From Octopus vulgaris (taxonomy: Eukaryota), in assembly GCA_951406725.2 (NCBI GenBank), contig OX597833.1:27838001-27902000 (forward strand): DNA of 64,000 nt, read 5' to 3'. The notes beneath the pieces were generated by a model. That model ran no database searches. It saw nothing but the letters and a program-made list of their open reading frames with translations, and was not told where the DNA came from. Position 1 is the stretch's first letter. Each line of letters opens with the position of its first letter. Both the position numbers and the translations under genes were made by a program. Positions 14,444 to 31,172 of the stretch are shown here, one piece after another.

Positions 14444-15120
14444 CAACTCTTCATTTGCCACAAGGGCACCGATAAAAGAAAGAATACTAATATTATAGTA
14501 TAGAAAACATCGAAGAAACAGCGCCACCACTACCACCACCACCAACAACAACAACAGCAGCAACAACACTTAACAGTAACAATGTTGAAACAACTTTATC
14601 ATAATTTTGCTATTGATGAAAAATAGAAAACAATAATTATTTTTCATTTATTGAGGAGGAAGTGGAGGAGGAGGAGAAGGAGGGGGGCTGTTGATAGAGA
14701 AAATGTCGAAGAGGCGCTGTGATGAGAATTTACTCGAATTACATCGATTAAGTGTATAATTGGTTGACAGTTACTAAACGTTCATTAAGTAGCAGCAGTG
14801 GCAGCAGCAGCAGTAGCAGTAGTAGTAGTAGCAGCAGCAGTATCTGCAAACATCGGCATGATCGTCAACATTAAACCTCAGACACATTACTAAGTATCGC
14901 CGTTAACGTCGACGAAGTAGCATCACCATCGTCATCACCATCGTCACCATCATCACCATCAACATCATGTTCATATTCTCATATTCATCATCATAAACAC
15001 CACAGTATCACTATCAGCATCTGAATAACCACTACTACCACCACTACGATTATTGCTAGTACTTGTTGCAACAGCAGCAGCAGTATCAATAGTAGTAGTA
15101 TTAGTAGAATTAGTAGTACT

Positions 15121-15216
<96 letters not shown>

Positions 15217-15436
15217 TATTCTCAAATCATCACCACCATCATCACGATTATTACCATCGCGGCAATCGAATGACGATGCTAATGCTTAAGGATATTAAAA
15301 CAAATAACAGCAGAATATCATTTCATTAAAGAGAATTAAGGGAAATTTTAGTTAAATAGCTTACAATCTGCACTTCGTAAAGACACAAATGTGCTTCTTC
15401 TATGTTTTCTTTCTTACAAATCTAAGTGACACTTCA

Positions 15437-15479
15437 GCTGTGCAGATGACGCTTGTTGAGGCAGAAACACGTGTCCAGC
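15437..15479 (+). ncRNA. Degenerate type I hammerhead motif
   Basis: gctg-tg-CAGATGA-cgcttgttgaggca-GAAA-cacgtg-TC-cagc; palindromic stem III; one core change (U4A). Confidence 0.5.
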
Positions 15480-15597
15480 GCTGCCATCATGTCTACAGAT
15501 ACTTAACTTTCTTTACCTTAATAACATACAAATTGATTTTAAAGACGTTTTTCGATCTGATATTATACCGCCTACTGCTGTACAGCATGTATGTATG

Positions 15598-15707
<110 letters not shown>

Positions 15708-15876
15708 AGATAAGAAAATGGAGAAATACATCTAAATCAAATATCAATTACCAGATAATACTCAATCACATACTTTATTAAACCACCACATAAGAGACTG
15801 TAGGGTTAAATATAAAAAGCAGTACAAATCAGTGTACATAAAGGAATGTACATAAAAAAGTACAACCCCTATCTCA

Positions 15877-15907
<31 letters not shown>

Positions 15908-15909
<2 letters not shown>

Positions 15910-16260
15910 ATACAAAATGGGCCAAGAACACAAAACATCTGGAAAACTAGGTGATACAAAAAGGGACAACAAAACATCCAGATAAACGATAAAAAAAACA
16001 ATGATGGGTCATTCGAAGCTATCTATCCTCAGTCACGAACTGGATCATCTTCGCAATCTCGGCTGATTAATCTTGAGATTGCTCCAATCTGGCAAGATTA
16101 ATCAGCCGAAATTGCGAGGATGATCCAGTTCGTGACTGAGGATAGATAGCTTCGAATGACCCATCATTGTTTTTTTTTATCGTTTATCTGGATGTTTTGT
16201 TGTCCCTTTTTGTATCACCTAGTTTTCCGGATGTTTTGTGTTCTTGGCCCATTTTGTATT

Positions 16261-16261
<1 letters not shown>
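15908..16261. repeat. Near-perfect ~350 bp palindrome
   Basis: Arms 15908-16075 and 16093-16261; three mismatches found by eye; spacer is itself partly self-complementary (agattg/caatct); (TA)n on both sides. Confidence 0.95.
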
Positions 16262-16331
<70 letters not shown>

Positions 16332-16445
16332 CCTGCTCGCTTAGCCAGCGGGGTGGCGTTATTTAAAGGCTAAAACAATGCGAAACGCATTTTGACCTAC
16401 GATGTATAGCGACATCTGATAGCCTGATCGGTCACATTGATCACG

Positions 16446-16527
<82 letters not shown>

Positions 16528-16554
16528 GCGTACGTAGACTTTGTTCTCTTATAT

Positions 16555-16750
16555 ATATATGTAGTTCAAATTTAAAGAAAAACAAAGACAAAGAGAGGTG
16601 TATGAACAATCAAGTGTATTAGTTTTGCGCTCGGCAAAATGAAGTCTTTTACGTTTCGAGCCTACGCTCTTAGACAGAAAGGAAAAAGAAGAAATAAATA
16701 GAGAGAGAATGAAAACAAAACATGTTGAGTTCAATGGTGCAACATATACA
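16555..16750 (-). mobile_element. Short element with hammerhead-like motif (same family as 31170-31375)
   Basis: Minus strand tttCTGTCTAAgagcgtaggctcGAAAcgTAaaa at 16647-16680. Confidence 0.6.
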
Positions 16751-16906
16751 CATACTCTTCCTCCAGTCAATGAGATACTTTGAATAATTTGTCATAGATA
16801 CTTTTTGACATACAAACATACATGTATGCGTATATATGTGTGTGCGAGTCTGTGTGAGTGTGTGTCTGAGTGTGTGTGTGCGTGTGTGTCTATATATATA
16901 TATATG

Positions 16907-16939
<33 letters not shown>

Positions 16940-17111
16940 ATTTATGTATATATCCATATGTGTGTGTATATGAATATATATGTGTATATGTATACATATA
17001 TATATACGTATATATATATATATACATATATATATGTATGTGAGTGTGTGTCTGTGTGCGTGATAGAGATTATATATGTGTGTATTTGTGCATATATATA
17101 TGTACACATAT

Positions 17112-17156
<45 letters not shown>

Positions 17157-17203
17157 GATATAGATATATGTGTGTGTATGTATAGATAGATAGATAGATA
17201 GAT

Positions 17204-17280
<77 letters not shown>

Positions 17281-17465
17281 TTCAAATGTGTATGTGCAGG
17301 TATATGCATATATATGCATATACACATATATGTACATTCACAAGTGTGCGTATATATATTGTCATTCTTATATTCTCTTGCTTGTTTCAGTCATTAGAGA
17401 CCGGTCATATACATACAATATGTATATATATATGTATATATATATATACATACATGCATACATAC

Positions 17466-17507
<42 letters not shown>

Positions 17508-17593
17508 CATATATTTATATATTTAATATATACATATATATATATTGTATATATAAATATATGTATATATACATACATGTATATATATATATG

Positions 17594-17665
<72 letters not shown>

Positions 17666-18129
17666 TATATACATACATATATACATACATACATACATGA
17701 ATACATACATACATACATTCATACATATACCCTCATATCTATATAAGTAGGCAGAGAAAGTCAGATAGACAGACAGAGAGAGAGTGATTTTCATAAATAT
17801 ATTTATTGTAAAAGTTGTGTATGTGTATGTGTCTGTTTGTATGTGTGTTTGTGCGTGTATGTGTACCTACGTACGTACGTACGTATGTATGTACGTGTGT
17901 ATGTACAGAAGGATGGATAATAGTAAGTGTACAGGTTACGTAAGATACCTATAGCACTTCATGAGTTGTTCATGTATCCTGTATCAGAACCCCACCTATC
18001 TCTCCCTCCCTCTCTCCGTGTATCTATTTCTCTATCTACCTGTGTCACGGACTCTGTCTCTCTCTCTCTCTCTCTCTTTTTCCCTGTTGTCAGTTTGTAG
18101 ATTTCCTTCGAATGGCACTAACTCGTCGG

Positions 18130-18285
18130 CATGTGGCTGTGGGTAAGTACCTTGCTTAACAACCACATGACTCCGGGTTCACTCTTGCGGCGTGGCACCT
18201 CGGGCATGTCTCTTCTACTATAGCCGCGAGCCGACCAAAGGTTTGTGAGTGTATTTGGTAGACGAAAACTGAAAGTCCGTCGTAT
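18130..18285 (+). mobile_element. SINE family A head
   Basis: gtggctgtgggtaagtaccttgcttaacaaccacatg...ccgggttca...gtggcacctcgggca. Confidence 0.8.
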
Positions 18286-18521
18286 AATATGAGCTTGTGT
18301 GTGTATATATATACATACACACGTACAGAGAATTATATATGTGCACATGGTATATGTAGGTGGGAAAGTAATAGATGCAGTTGATGCAACAGTGTCTTCT
18401 TTCGAAAATGGCCTTCCTTTTTGGTGGTTGTCTGTTCCATAGATATTACCATTGAGAGAGCACTACTTTGAAGTATTCGAACCGCATCTGATTAGCTAAT
18501 ATCTCTGCAGGTGGACACCTG

Positions 18522-18665
<144 letters not shown>

Positions 18666-18794
18666 AATCAATCTATCTATCTATCTATCTATCTGTCTGT
18701 CTATCTATCAATCTATCTATCTATCTGTCTATCTAAAGTCATTGTGCATAAATACACATACGTAAGTATGCATGTTTGTGCGTCTATATATATT

Positions 18795-18990
18795 TTTATT
18801 CTTTTATTTGTTTCAGTCATTAGACTGCGGCCATGCTGGAGCACTGCCTTTAGTCGTACAAATCGACCCCAGGATTTATTCTTTGTAAGCCTAGTACTTA
18901 TTCTACCGGTCTCTTTTGCCGAACCTCCCAAGTTACCTGCACATAAACAAACCAGCGTCGGTGTCAAGCGATGGTTGGCAGACAAAAACA
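18795..18990 (-). mobile_element. SINE family A tail half
   Basis: ttcttttatttgtttcagtcattagactgcggccatgctggagcac. Confidence 0.85.
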
Positions 18991-19294
18991 CACACACACA
19001 AGCACAGTCATATACACACACTGTCTCAAAATGTAACACCTCACCATCAAGGTTTTGTACTATACGCTGGACATGCATTCCTTGAAATACTAAATTACAT
19101 GCTAATGCATATTGCTCTTTACATACACATTCCATAAAAAATAGGCACTGCTCATCTATAAAACTTTGTAGGTTTCTATCTATGAATATATATATTTATT
19201 CATACACATATATATATATGATTTTTGATTTTTGATTTTGATTTTTCCAGTTTCAGCTAATGAGCTGTGGCCATGCTGGGGCACCGCCATTTAA

Positions 19295-19487
<193 letters not shown>

Positions 19488-19715
19488 TTATATTTATATA
19501 CATACACACATACACACACACACACATACACACGGGTGATCACGTAGGTGCAGAATAAGGTGGAAGAAATAGGACGCGAGTACTGAAGGTAGAGTAATAT
19601 GCTTTTATTTAAGCTGCAAAATTTACCAGCTTTAATAAATGTTTCAGAATGTATATATGTATATATATATATATATACTATACCGACAGAGAGAATGAGA
19701 GATGTGAGTGTATAA

Positions 19716-19765
<50 letters not shown>

Positions 19766-19945
19766 GTGTGTGTGTATAACTGTATTTGTGTATACGCACA
19801 CAACACGAATGATATTACGTATGGAATTGCATATTATTACGAATAATATTCCTATATATATATATATATATATATATATCTGTGTATATATATATATATG
19901 TGTATGTATGTATATGTATATACTTTTATATTATTTTGTTGTATA

Positions 19946-19984
<39 letters not shown>

Positions 19985-20174
19985 TGATAAAAATTGTAAG
20001 ATAACAAAAGAAAGAAAGAGACCTCGATATTATGTAAATAGAGGAATTTATCTGAAATGTGATATGTGATGCCGAGGTGGAAATCTAGATTTCCACCTCG
20101 CCATCTGAAACTCGGAGTTTTATCTTGGCTACCGAATAATTGTCACATATTACATTTACATATATGTATATATG

Positions 20175-20566
20175 CAGAGTGCGATGGGTAAGTTCTCGCC
20201 ATTTTATATTTTTAACTTTGCGCATGCTCATTGATTGTTTTTTTTTTATTTTGTCGACTACACAGTATAGTAGGGTCAGCTGGGCACCGTCTGTGAAAGA
20301 ACGGCACTATGACGAAATTCACTTAACCAGGAATTCGGAAACATGCTGTATTCTTTGGCATTCGCGCAAGAAGCTCTAACAGTTGCCGGAGATTCCGAAG
20401 TCGTTTGGAAGCCATGGTTGAAGCCAATGGTGAATTTATTAAATATATTCAGACTTTAGAATTTCAAGATATCTTTATGTAATTTTGGTACATATATCTT
20501 TTAAAACTGAGATGTCAGTGTTATTTTCATTTTGCGTAATTTAGACGATACCATATTCACTGCGCC

Positions 20567-20569
<3 letters not shown>
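20175..20569 (+). mobile_element. Internally deleted Tc1/mariner-superfamily element (maT/DD37D-like)
   Basis: Ends cagagtgcg... / ...tgcgccctg|TA; retains the transposase-like C-terminus SCRRFRSRLEAMVEANGEFIK at about 20381-20443. Confidence 0.7.
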
Positions 20570-20625
<56 letters not shown>

Positions 20626-20640
20626 GGTATGTATGTATGT

Positions 20641-20686
<46 letters not shown>

Positions 20687-20904
20687 ACATACTTGAATAT
20701 ATATGTGTCTCTGCATATATCTCCGTGTATATAAGAATGAATTAATATAGATAGAAATATATATCGCAATATCTATTGCAGGCACAGCGCACAGGCAAAC
20801 ACTCAGACATCCATTCCTGTGAAACATGCACTGTGTATGTATGCTTCTGTAGGCAGCCCTGAACATCATCATGCACAGTTATTCCCGACATATTACCAAA
20901 AATA

Positions 20905-21079
<175 letters not shown>

Positions 21080-21156
21080 GTAGATAGGTAGATAGATAGA
21101 TAGATACATACATACATACATACATACATACATACATACATACATACATACATACA

Positions 21157-21191
<35 letters not shown>

Positions 21192-21868
21192 GTATGAATG
21201 TAAGTATGATATATGTACCTAAGTTTGTATATGTAGATATAGTCTTTGAACTTGTTTCAGACATTCGAGTGAAGCCATGCTGGGGAATTCCTTGACTGCT
21301 TTCATTCAAATGAATCGAACCCAGAACTTCAGATATATATATATATATATAAATGACACAGGTGTGGATGTTTGCTAAGAAGCTTCTTTTTCCAGTCACA
21401 CTGCGTGGCGCCTTCGGCAAGTCTATAACCTCAAGACGGCCAAACCTTCTGAATAAATTTGGCAGACGGAAACTAAGAGGACCCTGCCGTATATTTATGT
21501 GTGTGTGTGTAAGTATGTGTGTAATTGTGTGTGAGTTGTGTATGTGAGTGTGTGTGCGAGTTTGTATGTGTGTTTGTCTCTCATTGATGCTTGACAACCG
21601 GTGTTTGTGTGTTTACGCTCCAGTAACCTGGCGGTTTGTCACATGATACTGTGAGAAGAAATAGCAGGGCTTTAGGAAAAGTCGATTTGTTTGGCTAAAA
21701 CCTTCGAAGACCATGCTGCAAGTATGGCCTCAGTCAAATGACTCGGACAAGTAAAAGAATATATACGAAATCCACTTACAGGCCTTTCGTTGTCCTAAGG
21801 CAAAAGTAGAAAACCCTAGCAAAGTGACACGCAGTGGGACTGAACCTGGAATATACATGATATATATA

Positions 21869-21938
<70 letters not shown>

Positions 21939-22040
21939 TCCAAATTTTATATAGATAGACAACCGGCAACTGATGAAGGGTCCTTTCTCTGTTTTTACTT
22001 GTCCTATTTTCAATTTATTTTTCACTCATATATACATATG

Positions 22041-22129
<89 letters not shown>

Positions 22130-22229
22130 GTATATATATTTATATGTGTGTGTATGTATATGTATATATATACATATGCATATATATATTAATGTATATA
22201 TATGTGTATACGTGTGTGTATGTATATGT

Positions 22230-22304
<75 letters not shown>

Positions 22305-22324
22305 TACAGTGGTTGTATATACAT

Positions 22325-22762
22325 AGGCGCAGGAGTGGCTGTGTGGTACGAAGCTTGCTTCCCAAGCACATGGTTTCGGGTTCAGTCCCACTGAGTGACA
22401 CCTTGGACAAGTGTCTTCTATTAAAGCCTCGGGTCGACCAAAGTCTTGTGAGTGGATTTGGTAGACGGAAACTGAAAGAAGCCCGTCGTGTATATAGATA
22501 TGTGTGTGTGTGTGTGTGTGTGTTGTGTATGTGTGTGTATGTGTGTGCGCGCATGCGTACGTGTGTGTGTGTGCGTGCGTGTGTGTGTCTTTGTCCCCCA
22601 CCCACCATAGCTTGACAACCGATATTGGTGTGTTTACGTCCCCGTAACTTAGCGTGTAATAAGTACTAGACTTACAAAGAATAAGTCCTGGGTTCGATTT
22701 GTTTGATGAAAGGTTGTGCTCCAGCATAGTCACAGTCAAATGACTGAAGCAAATAAAAGAAA
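22325..22762 (+). mobile_element. SINE family A, full length
   Basis: ggcgcaggagtggctgtgtggt (A box), gggttcagtccc (B box), gacaccttggacaagtg (CORE-like), internal (TG)n, tail. Confidence 0.9.
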
Positions 22763-23226
22763 ATATTTATATACACACACGTATATATTTTCATTTTCCC
22801 GAGCGACAAAGTAATTCACTTGCTTATTATTCTTACATCTGTCTTCGTCTTTTGTTTTTCTATAAATTTCAACTGAATATGCGCGCGTGTGTGTACATAT
22901 GTGTGTATGTGTGTGTGTGTGTGTGCGCGCTTGTATAACTATATCGCCATATATGCGTATATATATGTATACATACACATAAATACATAGGTATCTCTCT
23001 ATATATATGTACGTACATATATGTTTGTATGTATGTCTGTATTTATATAGGTATATGCAAATGTAGAAACCACATATCAGTCTATGTAGAACCCCGTCAA
23101 GTTCTGCAAAGACCCTGTGGACCCACGGTGGAGGTTTAACGGTGTTTAATTGTACAATCCGAAACATAAATTGTCACGGAATGGGTATATCCTACACAAT
23201 ACGTCTGTCTGTAGATTGAGAGATGG

Positions 23227-23277
<51 letters not shown>

Positions 23278-23286
23278 GAGATAGAG

Positions 23287-23357
<71 letters not shown>

Positions 23358-23523
23358 GGGAGAGAGGGAGAGAGAAAGAGAAATGGATGCATGGATAGAT
23401 GGATGGACGGATGGATGGATCGATGGATACATGTCTGTTATGTATATGTACATGTACAGACAAATTTATGTTTGTGTGCAAATATACATATGTATATATA
23501 AGTGTGTATATAAATGTATATAC

Positions 23524-23574
<51 letters not shown>

Positions 23575-23670
23575 CATACATACATACATACATACAGATA
23601 TATGTGTATATGTATAGGAGAGATGTATATATATTTATATATACATGTACACACTCAGACACACAACATA

Positions 23671-23709
<39 letters not shown>

Positions 23710-23839
23710 GTTTGTATCTATTTGTGCTTCAGTATATGTAGGCATAGGTCTTTATATACATATGAATATATGTGAATGTTTATACATATATATATATATA
23801 TATGTATGTTTGTATATAAATGTCTATTCACAACTCGCC

Positions 23840-23871
<32 letters not shown>

Positions 23872-24056
23872 CATAAATACATAATAGTTACAAATTAAAG
23901 TAAAATTCATTTTATCCACGTAGACGTGTCTAAAATTTGGCCCAATACTTTGGAAACAACAGCGGGATTGGTATCACCGTGTGTCTTACCGGCTTGCCTT
24001 TTTAACAACTGTCGGCGGTAATGTCTAACATCCAACTTGTGCATGTGTGTATTTAA

Positions 24057-24106
<50 letters not shown>

Positions 24107-24152
24107 GTTGCGTATGTGTGGATTTGTGCATCTGCGTGTATATAGATGTGTA

Positions 24153-24236
<84 letters not shown>

Positions 24237-24548
24237 GTGTGTGTGTGTGTATATATACATACATACATATATGTACACATACAATTTGATGTGTATGTAT
24301 GTCGATATATGTGTGTATGTGTTTTTCTAAATATGTTTATACACAAACACACATATATATATAAAGAAAGAGAGAGAGAGAGGAAATGGCATATAACCAA
24401 CCAGGGTGTAATGTTTAGGCTCATGTAAAATGGAAAAAGTATTGGTGTGTGTGTGTGTATGTATATATGCACTAATATGTATGTATATATAAAGTTATAT
24501 TTATATATATATATATATATATATTTGCAAATATATATACACACGTAC

Positions 24549-24587
<39 letters not shown>

Positions 24588-24616
24588 CATATACAAATAT
24601 ATATATGTATACATGT

Positions 24617-24675
<59 letters not shown>

Positions 24676-24807
24676 GACATATATACATATATATATATGT
24701 GTGTGTGTGTGTGTGTATTCATATATATCAATATATATGAACGTGTTTTTGTGACTGTTTTTGCACCCGACCAACGCTTAACAGTCATATGTGTAAGTGT
24801 GTGCATA

Positions 24808-25172
24808 TATGCTGGAGCACCGCCTTTAATCGAGCAAATCAACCCCAAGAATTATTCTTTGTAAGCCTAGTACTTATTCTATCGGGCTCTTTTGCCGTAC
24901 TGTTATGTTACGCTGTGGGTAAACACACCAGCATCAAGCGATGTGGTGGGGAAAACACAGACACACAAACATATACACACAGATACATACATATATATAT
25001 ATATACAAATAAACGACGGGCTTCTTTCAGTTTCCTTCTACGAAATCCACTCACAAGGCTTTGATCGACCCGAGGTTATAGTAGAAGACACTTGCCCAAG
25101 GTGCCATGCAGTGAGACTGGACCCGGAACCAAGTGGTTCGTAAGCAAGCTACTTACCACATAGCCACTCCTA
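24808..25172 (-). mobile_element. SINE family A
   Basis: Head cttaccacatagccactcctacgc and cacttgcccaaggtgcca; tail gctggagcaccgcc. Confidence 0.9.
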
Positions 25173-25209
25173 CGCTTCTATATACGTATGTCTGTCTGTC
25201 TCTCTATGT

Positions 25210-25268
<59 letters not shown>

Positions 25269-25945
25269 TATATATATATACGTTTGTGCGTATGTGTGTG
25301 TATGTGTACGCGCGCCTGCACATATATACATATATATATTTTATATTATATATACATAGAGAGACAGACAGACAGACAGACAGAGACAGAGACAGAGACA
25401 GAGAGAGAATATATTATTATTACCTTATATGTAAATGTGTGTGATGTGTGTGTATGTTAGTGTGTATGTACATAAACACATGCACACCCACGCACACCCA
25501 CAATATACATGCATATATTATATATCTTTATGCATAAACGTATGTATGTATGCATGCATGTATGTATGCATGCAATGTATGTATGTATGCATGCATGTAA
25601 TATGTTTGTATGCATGCATGTATGTCGATTACATCAAATATTGACTGTGTACTCTGAGTTTCCCCAGGGTGGTTCGCAATATTCGTGAATAATTTTACAG
25701 TTGTCAGGCCCAGAATGTCACCATTTGCTATAATACACTAATGCATTCTCTTTATCCAACGCATTGGGCCTATCTATCTCTATACATACGTATAGAGATA
25801 GATAGGTAGATAGATACATACATACATACATACATACATACATACATACATACATACATACATACATACGTACATTTGACTGATTATAAGTTTCAACGAC
25901 GATATGTCACACGATGGAATATTTAAATTATGCACATGTTTACAT

Positions 25946-26017
<72 letters not shown>

Positions 26018-26155
26018 GTATATATACACATATATATACCTTTTTTATTATACATCATATTAATCATGTATACATGCATATTCGTTTGTGTATTGTAAAT
26101 ATGAATGTGTGTGTGTGTATGTGTGTATGTACGTGTGTGCACGAATATATATGCC

Positions 26156-26231
<76 letters not shown>

Positions 26232-26499
26232 CAGATAGATAGATAGATAGATGTAATTTTATTTATACCTATTATATATTTATATATACCAAACTTATAA
26301 ATAAATATGTGTGTGTTCACGCGTCCTTCTCTCGTTTACTTTTCGCCCTTAACGATGGCATGAACACCACCCATTCTACTAACACTAATACTATTATAAA
26401 TGCTGCTGCCGCTTTTGCTACTACTAATACTAGTAGCAATAAGAATTGTAATAATATAATTCTAGTTCTACTGTTACTACTACAACTACCATTACTAGA

Positions 26500-26654
<155 letters not shown>

Positions 26655-27053
26655 CGGCAGCAGCACCACCACGTTAAGAACAAAAGAACCGGCTGTAACA
26701 AATATCCTCAAGAGGTAACTACTACAACACGGAAGTTACGGCAGCAACAGCAAAAACAACAACACAGCAGCAGCAATCAATGAATGTCTGAAATGTCAGG
26801 CCTGCGTGACCCTGAGGGAATAAGGGTTAGGCGGCTGTATTATGTTGGGACAGGTGTGGCATAGATCCACACCTGAGACAAACTGCCTAATGCATCTGCG
26901 CCATTTGAGTATTGGCACACTAGGCACATTTATAGACATACACACATGCATATACACGCACACAAGCACATGAGCACACATTCACATACGCACTCATACA
27001 TGCAACTACATATAACATATAACATACAAAACCATGTCCAAATATATACATAC

Positions 27054-27086
<33 letters not shown>

Positions 27087-27147
27087 TGTTTATATGTACA
27101 CATCTATATACATATATATGCATATATATATACATAGATACATACAT

Positions 27148-28310
<1,163 letters not shown>

Positions 28311-29147
28311 AAACTACGATGGTAACTCTTTAAAGGTTCTTTGAGAGGGAGGCAGTAAAAGGAAGATTTATCCCTTAGTTAAGTGTTTTTTGTCAGAATG
28401 CTTGCAACAGTGCAGCGCTACTAAAGACCCCAAAGTGCCGGTCTGTGGTTTTACATCAAATGATGGCGAATCAACTACCAAAGAACATGTGCATTACTGA
28501 TCCGGCGAGGGAGCCTCTGTGTACTTAGTCTACCTGCTAGAAATTATAACTAAGTCTTCTAATTAAACCCTACCGTTGAATAACGTGTTCTTGGGTTTTC
28601 TCCAGATGTAAAATGATGGGACTGCCAAGGCTGGAATGGAAGTAAACAATAACAAGGACGTGCAGACCATCACACGGTTGTTTCCGCAGTTTCCCTTCAG
28701 CCCAATGTTTCCCAAACTTTTTAGTTAAAGTTAAATTTCCGACGTTTTTTGAAACGTCTCTCTACTCAGTTTCCTTTAATGAACAACAGACTCATTTTCT
28801 CAATTTCATTTCTCAACTGAAAGATGTGTGTAACGGAATACACAACCAAATAGCCCAAATACCATTAACAACATTAATCCTTTTTGTGCGGAAATCAGAT
28901 ATATCCACTCAAAATTTCGTTACCTTTAACTACGGAAAGAAGTTTCATATAACAACCTATCTTTTGGTGGGGAAGATCATATTAGAAACTATTTTTCGTT
29001 GAGATGTCTTGTATCTTTAATCTTTTACTTCTTTCAGTCATAACGGTTTTAGTCGACAGACACACATAGGTATGTATATATTTTGAGTGTGTGTGTGTAT
29101 CTGTCTGTCTGTCTGTGTCTATGTGTGTGCGTGTGTATGTATATATA

Positions 29148-29722
29148 TTCTTTTACTCTTTTATTTGTTTCTGTCATTTAACTGTGGCCATGCTGGTGCA
29201 CCGCCTGTAGCAGAGCAAATCGATCCCAGGACTTATTCTTTGTAAGCCTAGTACTTATTCTATCGGTCTTTTTTGCTGAACCACTCAGCTATGGGGACGT
29301 AAACACACCAGCATCGGTTGTCAAGTGATGTTGGTGGGGGGACAAACACAGACACACAAACGTATACACACGCCTACGTATCTATATATTTATATATACA
29401 AATATACGACGGGCTTCTTTCAGTTTCTGTCCACCAAATCCATTCACAAGGCTTTGGTCAGCCTGAGGCTATAGTAGAAGACACTTGCCCAAGGTGCCAC
29501 GCAGTGGGAATGAACCCGAAACCATGCGGTTGGTAAGCAAGCTACTTACAACACAGCCATTCCTACAGATATATATATATATATATATATACGACGAGAT
29601 TCTTTCAGTTTCCATCTACCAAATCCACTCACAAGGCTTAGGTCGTCCCAAGGCTATAGTAAGAGACATTTGTGCAAGGTGCACGCAGTGGGACTGAACC
29701 CGGAACCATGTAGTTGGGAAGC
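29148..29722 (-). mobile_element. SINE family A full copy plus a second head
   Basis: Tail at 29148, head ending ~29565; extra head at 29592-29722. Confidence 0.9.
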
Positions 29723-30333
29723 TCATAGTCATGTCAAATTTTATTGAGGTAACGTCACTTGCAGAAAATAACAATTCAATTTTTTATAAATATTTACCAC
29801 CATTACTGAAATAACCATAAAATTTAATTTCGCACTTAAAAGATTAACAAGAAATACTTCTTTAACGAGGCACGTGGTGCTGGTTTGTTGATGCTATGAC
29901 CCAGATTTCAAGCTAAATCGTAAACAGTCTTAAATGTAGACTAGTTTTTAGAAGAAAGAAGCTCAAACTAATTAGACCATTCCTGCAGAGTTGGAAGCTA
30001 TTTTGAAACTCTGAGCTCTATAGTATGTAATTGTACATTTTACAACGGAGCGTCTCTGAATTTTGAACTTAGCTCCCGAATCTCCAGTGTTACCTTAGTG
30101 GGGCCCTGGATCTGGGCAAAACTTTTCACACGGCTTAAAGGAATAGAGTCTGAAATGTATGTATGTATGTATGTATGTATGTATGTATGTATGTATGTAT
30201 GTATGTATGTATGCATGTATGCATGTATGTATGTGTGTGTGTGTATGTATGTATGTATGTATGTATGTATGTATGCATGTATGTATGTGTGTGTATGTAT
30301 GTATATGTGTTTGTGTATACATACATATGTATA

Positions 30334-30847
30334 CAGTAATACCTTACTTTACGAGGATCCGCTTTACGAGACCCTGAGTTTACGAGTTTGATTTTTCAAC
30401 CACAAGATCCAAATTTTGAACAAAGTGCAAAACTTTCTACTAGCATAACAAATGCTTCTGCGAGTTACCAAGAAATTTACAGAGTGTGAAAAAACAGCTT
30501 CTTCTAAGCAAACAACTCTAGACTTGTTTTTTTTAAAAAAGAAATCTACAAGTCCATCTACAATCAAGTATGCTAGTCTAGTGCGAGTGAAAGTGATTCA
30601 GAAAACAATTTTAATAACTAATATTTTTTTCTTAAAAACGATCTTGACTCTCTTTTTACTTTGCATAAAATATTCTTTACATTCTACTGTTGTTTTATTG
30701 CCATATATTTACGAGTATTATGAATTTTATAGGTAAAATATTTTTCTGGTAATAAATTACAATTTATAACATTGCTACTTTAGGAAATTATTGCTCTGCT
30801 TTACGAATATTCGTTTTACGAGCAGCCTCTATATCGATGCTTTACTG
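30334..30847 (+). mobile_element. pogo/Tigger-like non-autonomous element
   Basis: TA|CAGTAA...TTACTG|TA ends; subterminal tttacga repeats at both ends; residual KQTTLDLFF, like the C-terminal PIP box of pogo/Tigger transposases. Confidence 0.75.
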
Positions 30848-30889
30848 TATATATATATGTGTGTGTGTGTGTGTATGTCTGTGTGTATG

Positions 30890-30940
<51 letters not shown>

Positions 30941-31092
30941 TCATACATACATACATATACGACAGTCTTCTTTCAGTTTCCGCCAACCAAATTCACTCAC
31001 GAGGATTTGGGAGACCCGGATCATAGTAGAAGAGTGAGTTTGGAACAATGTGCCTGGGAATCAAACTTCTTACAACATACCCACGCATGCGA

Positions 31093-31169
<77 letters not shown>

Positions 31170-31172
<3 letters not shown>

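Noticed and set aside
22325-22400. tRNA genes at A/B-box sites
   Set aside because: These are SINE heads without a complete cloverleaf.
23980-24026. Resemblance to miR-8/miR-200 arms (tcttaccgg...taacaactgtc...ggtaa)
   Set aside because: The seed is disrupted, the arms are too close and pairing is poor beyond 6 bp.
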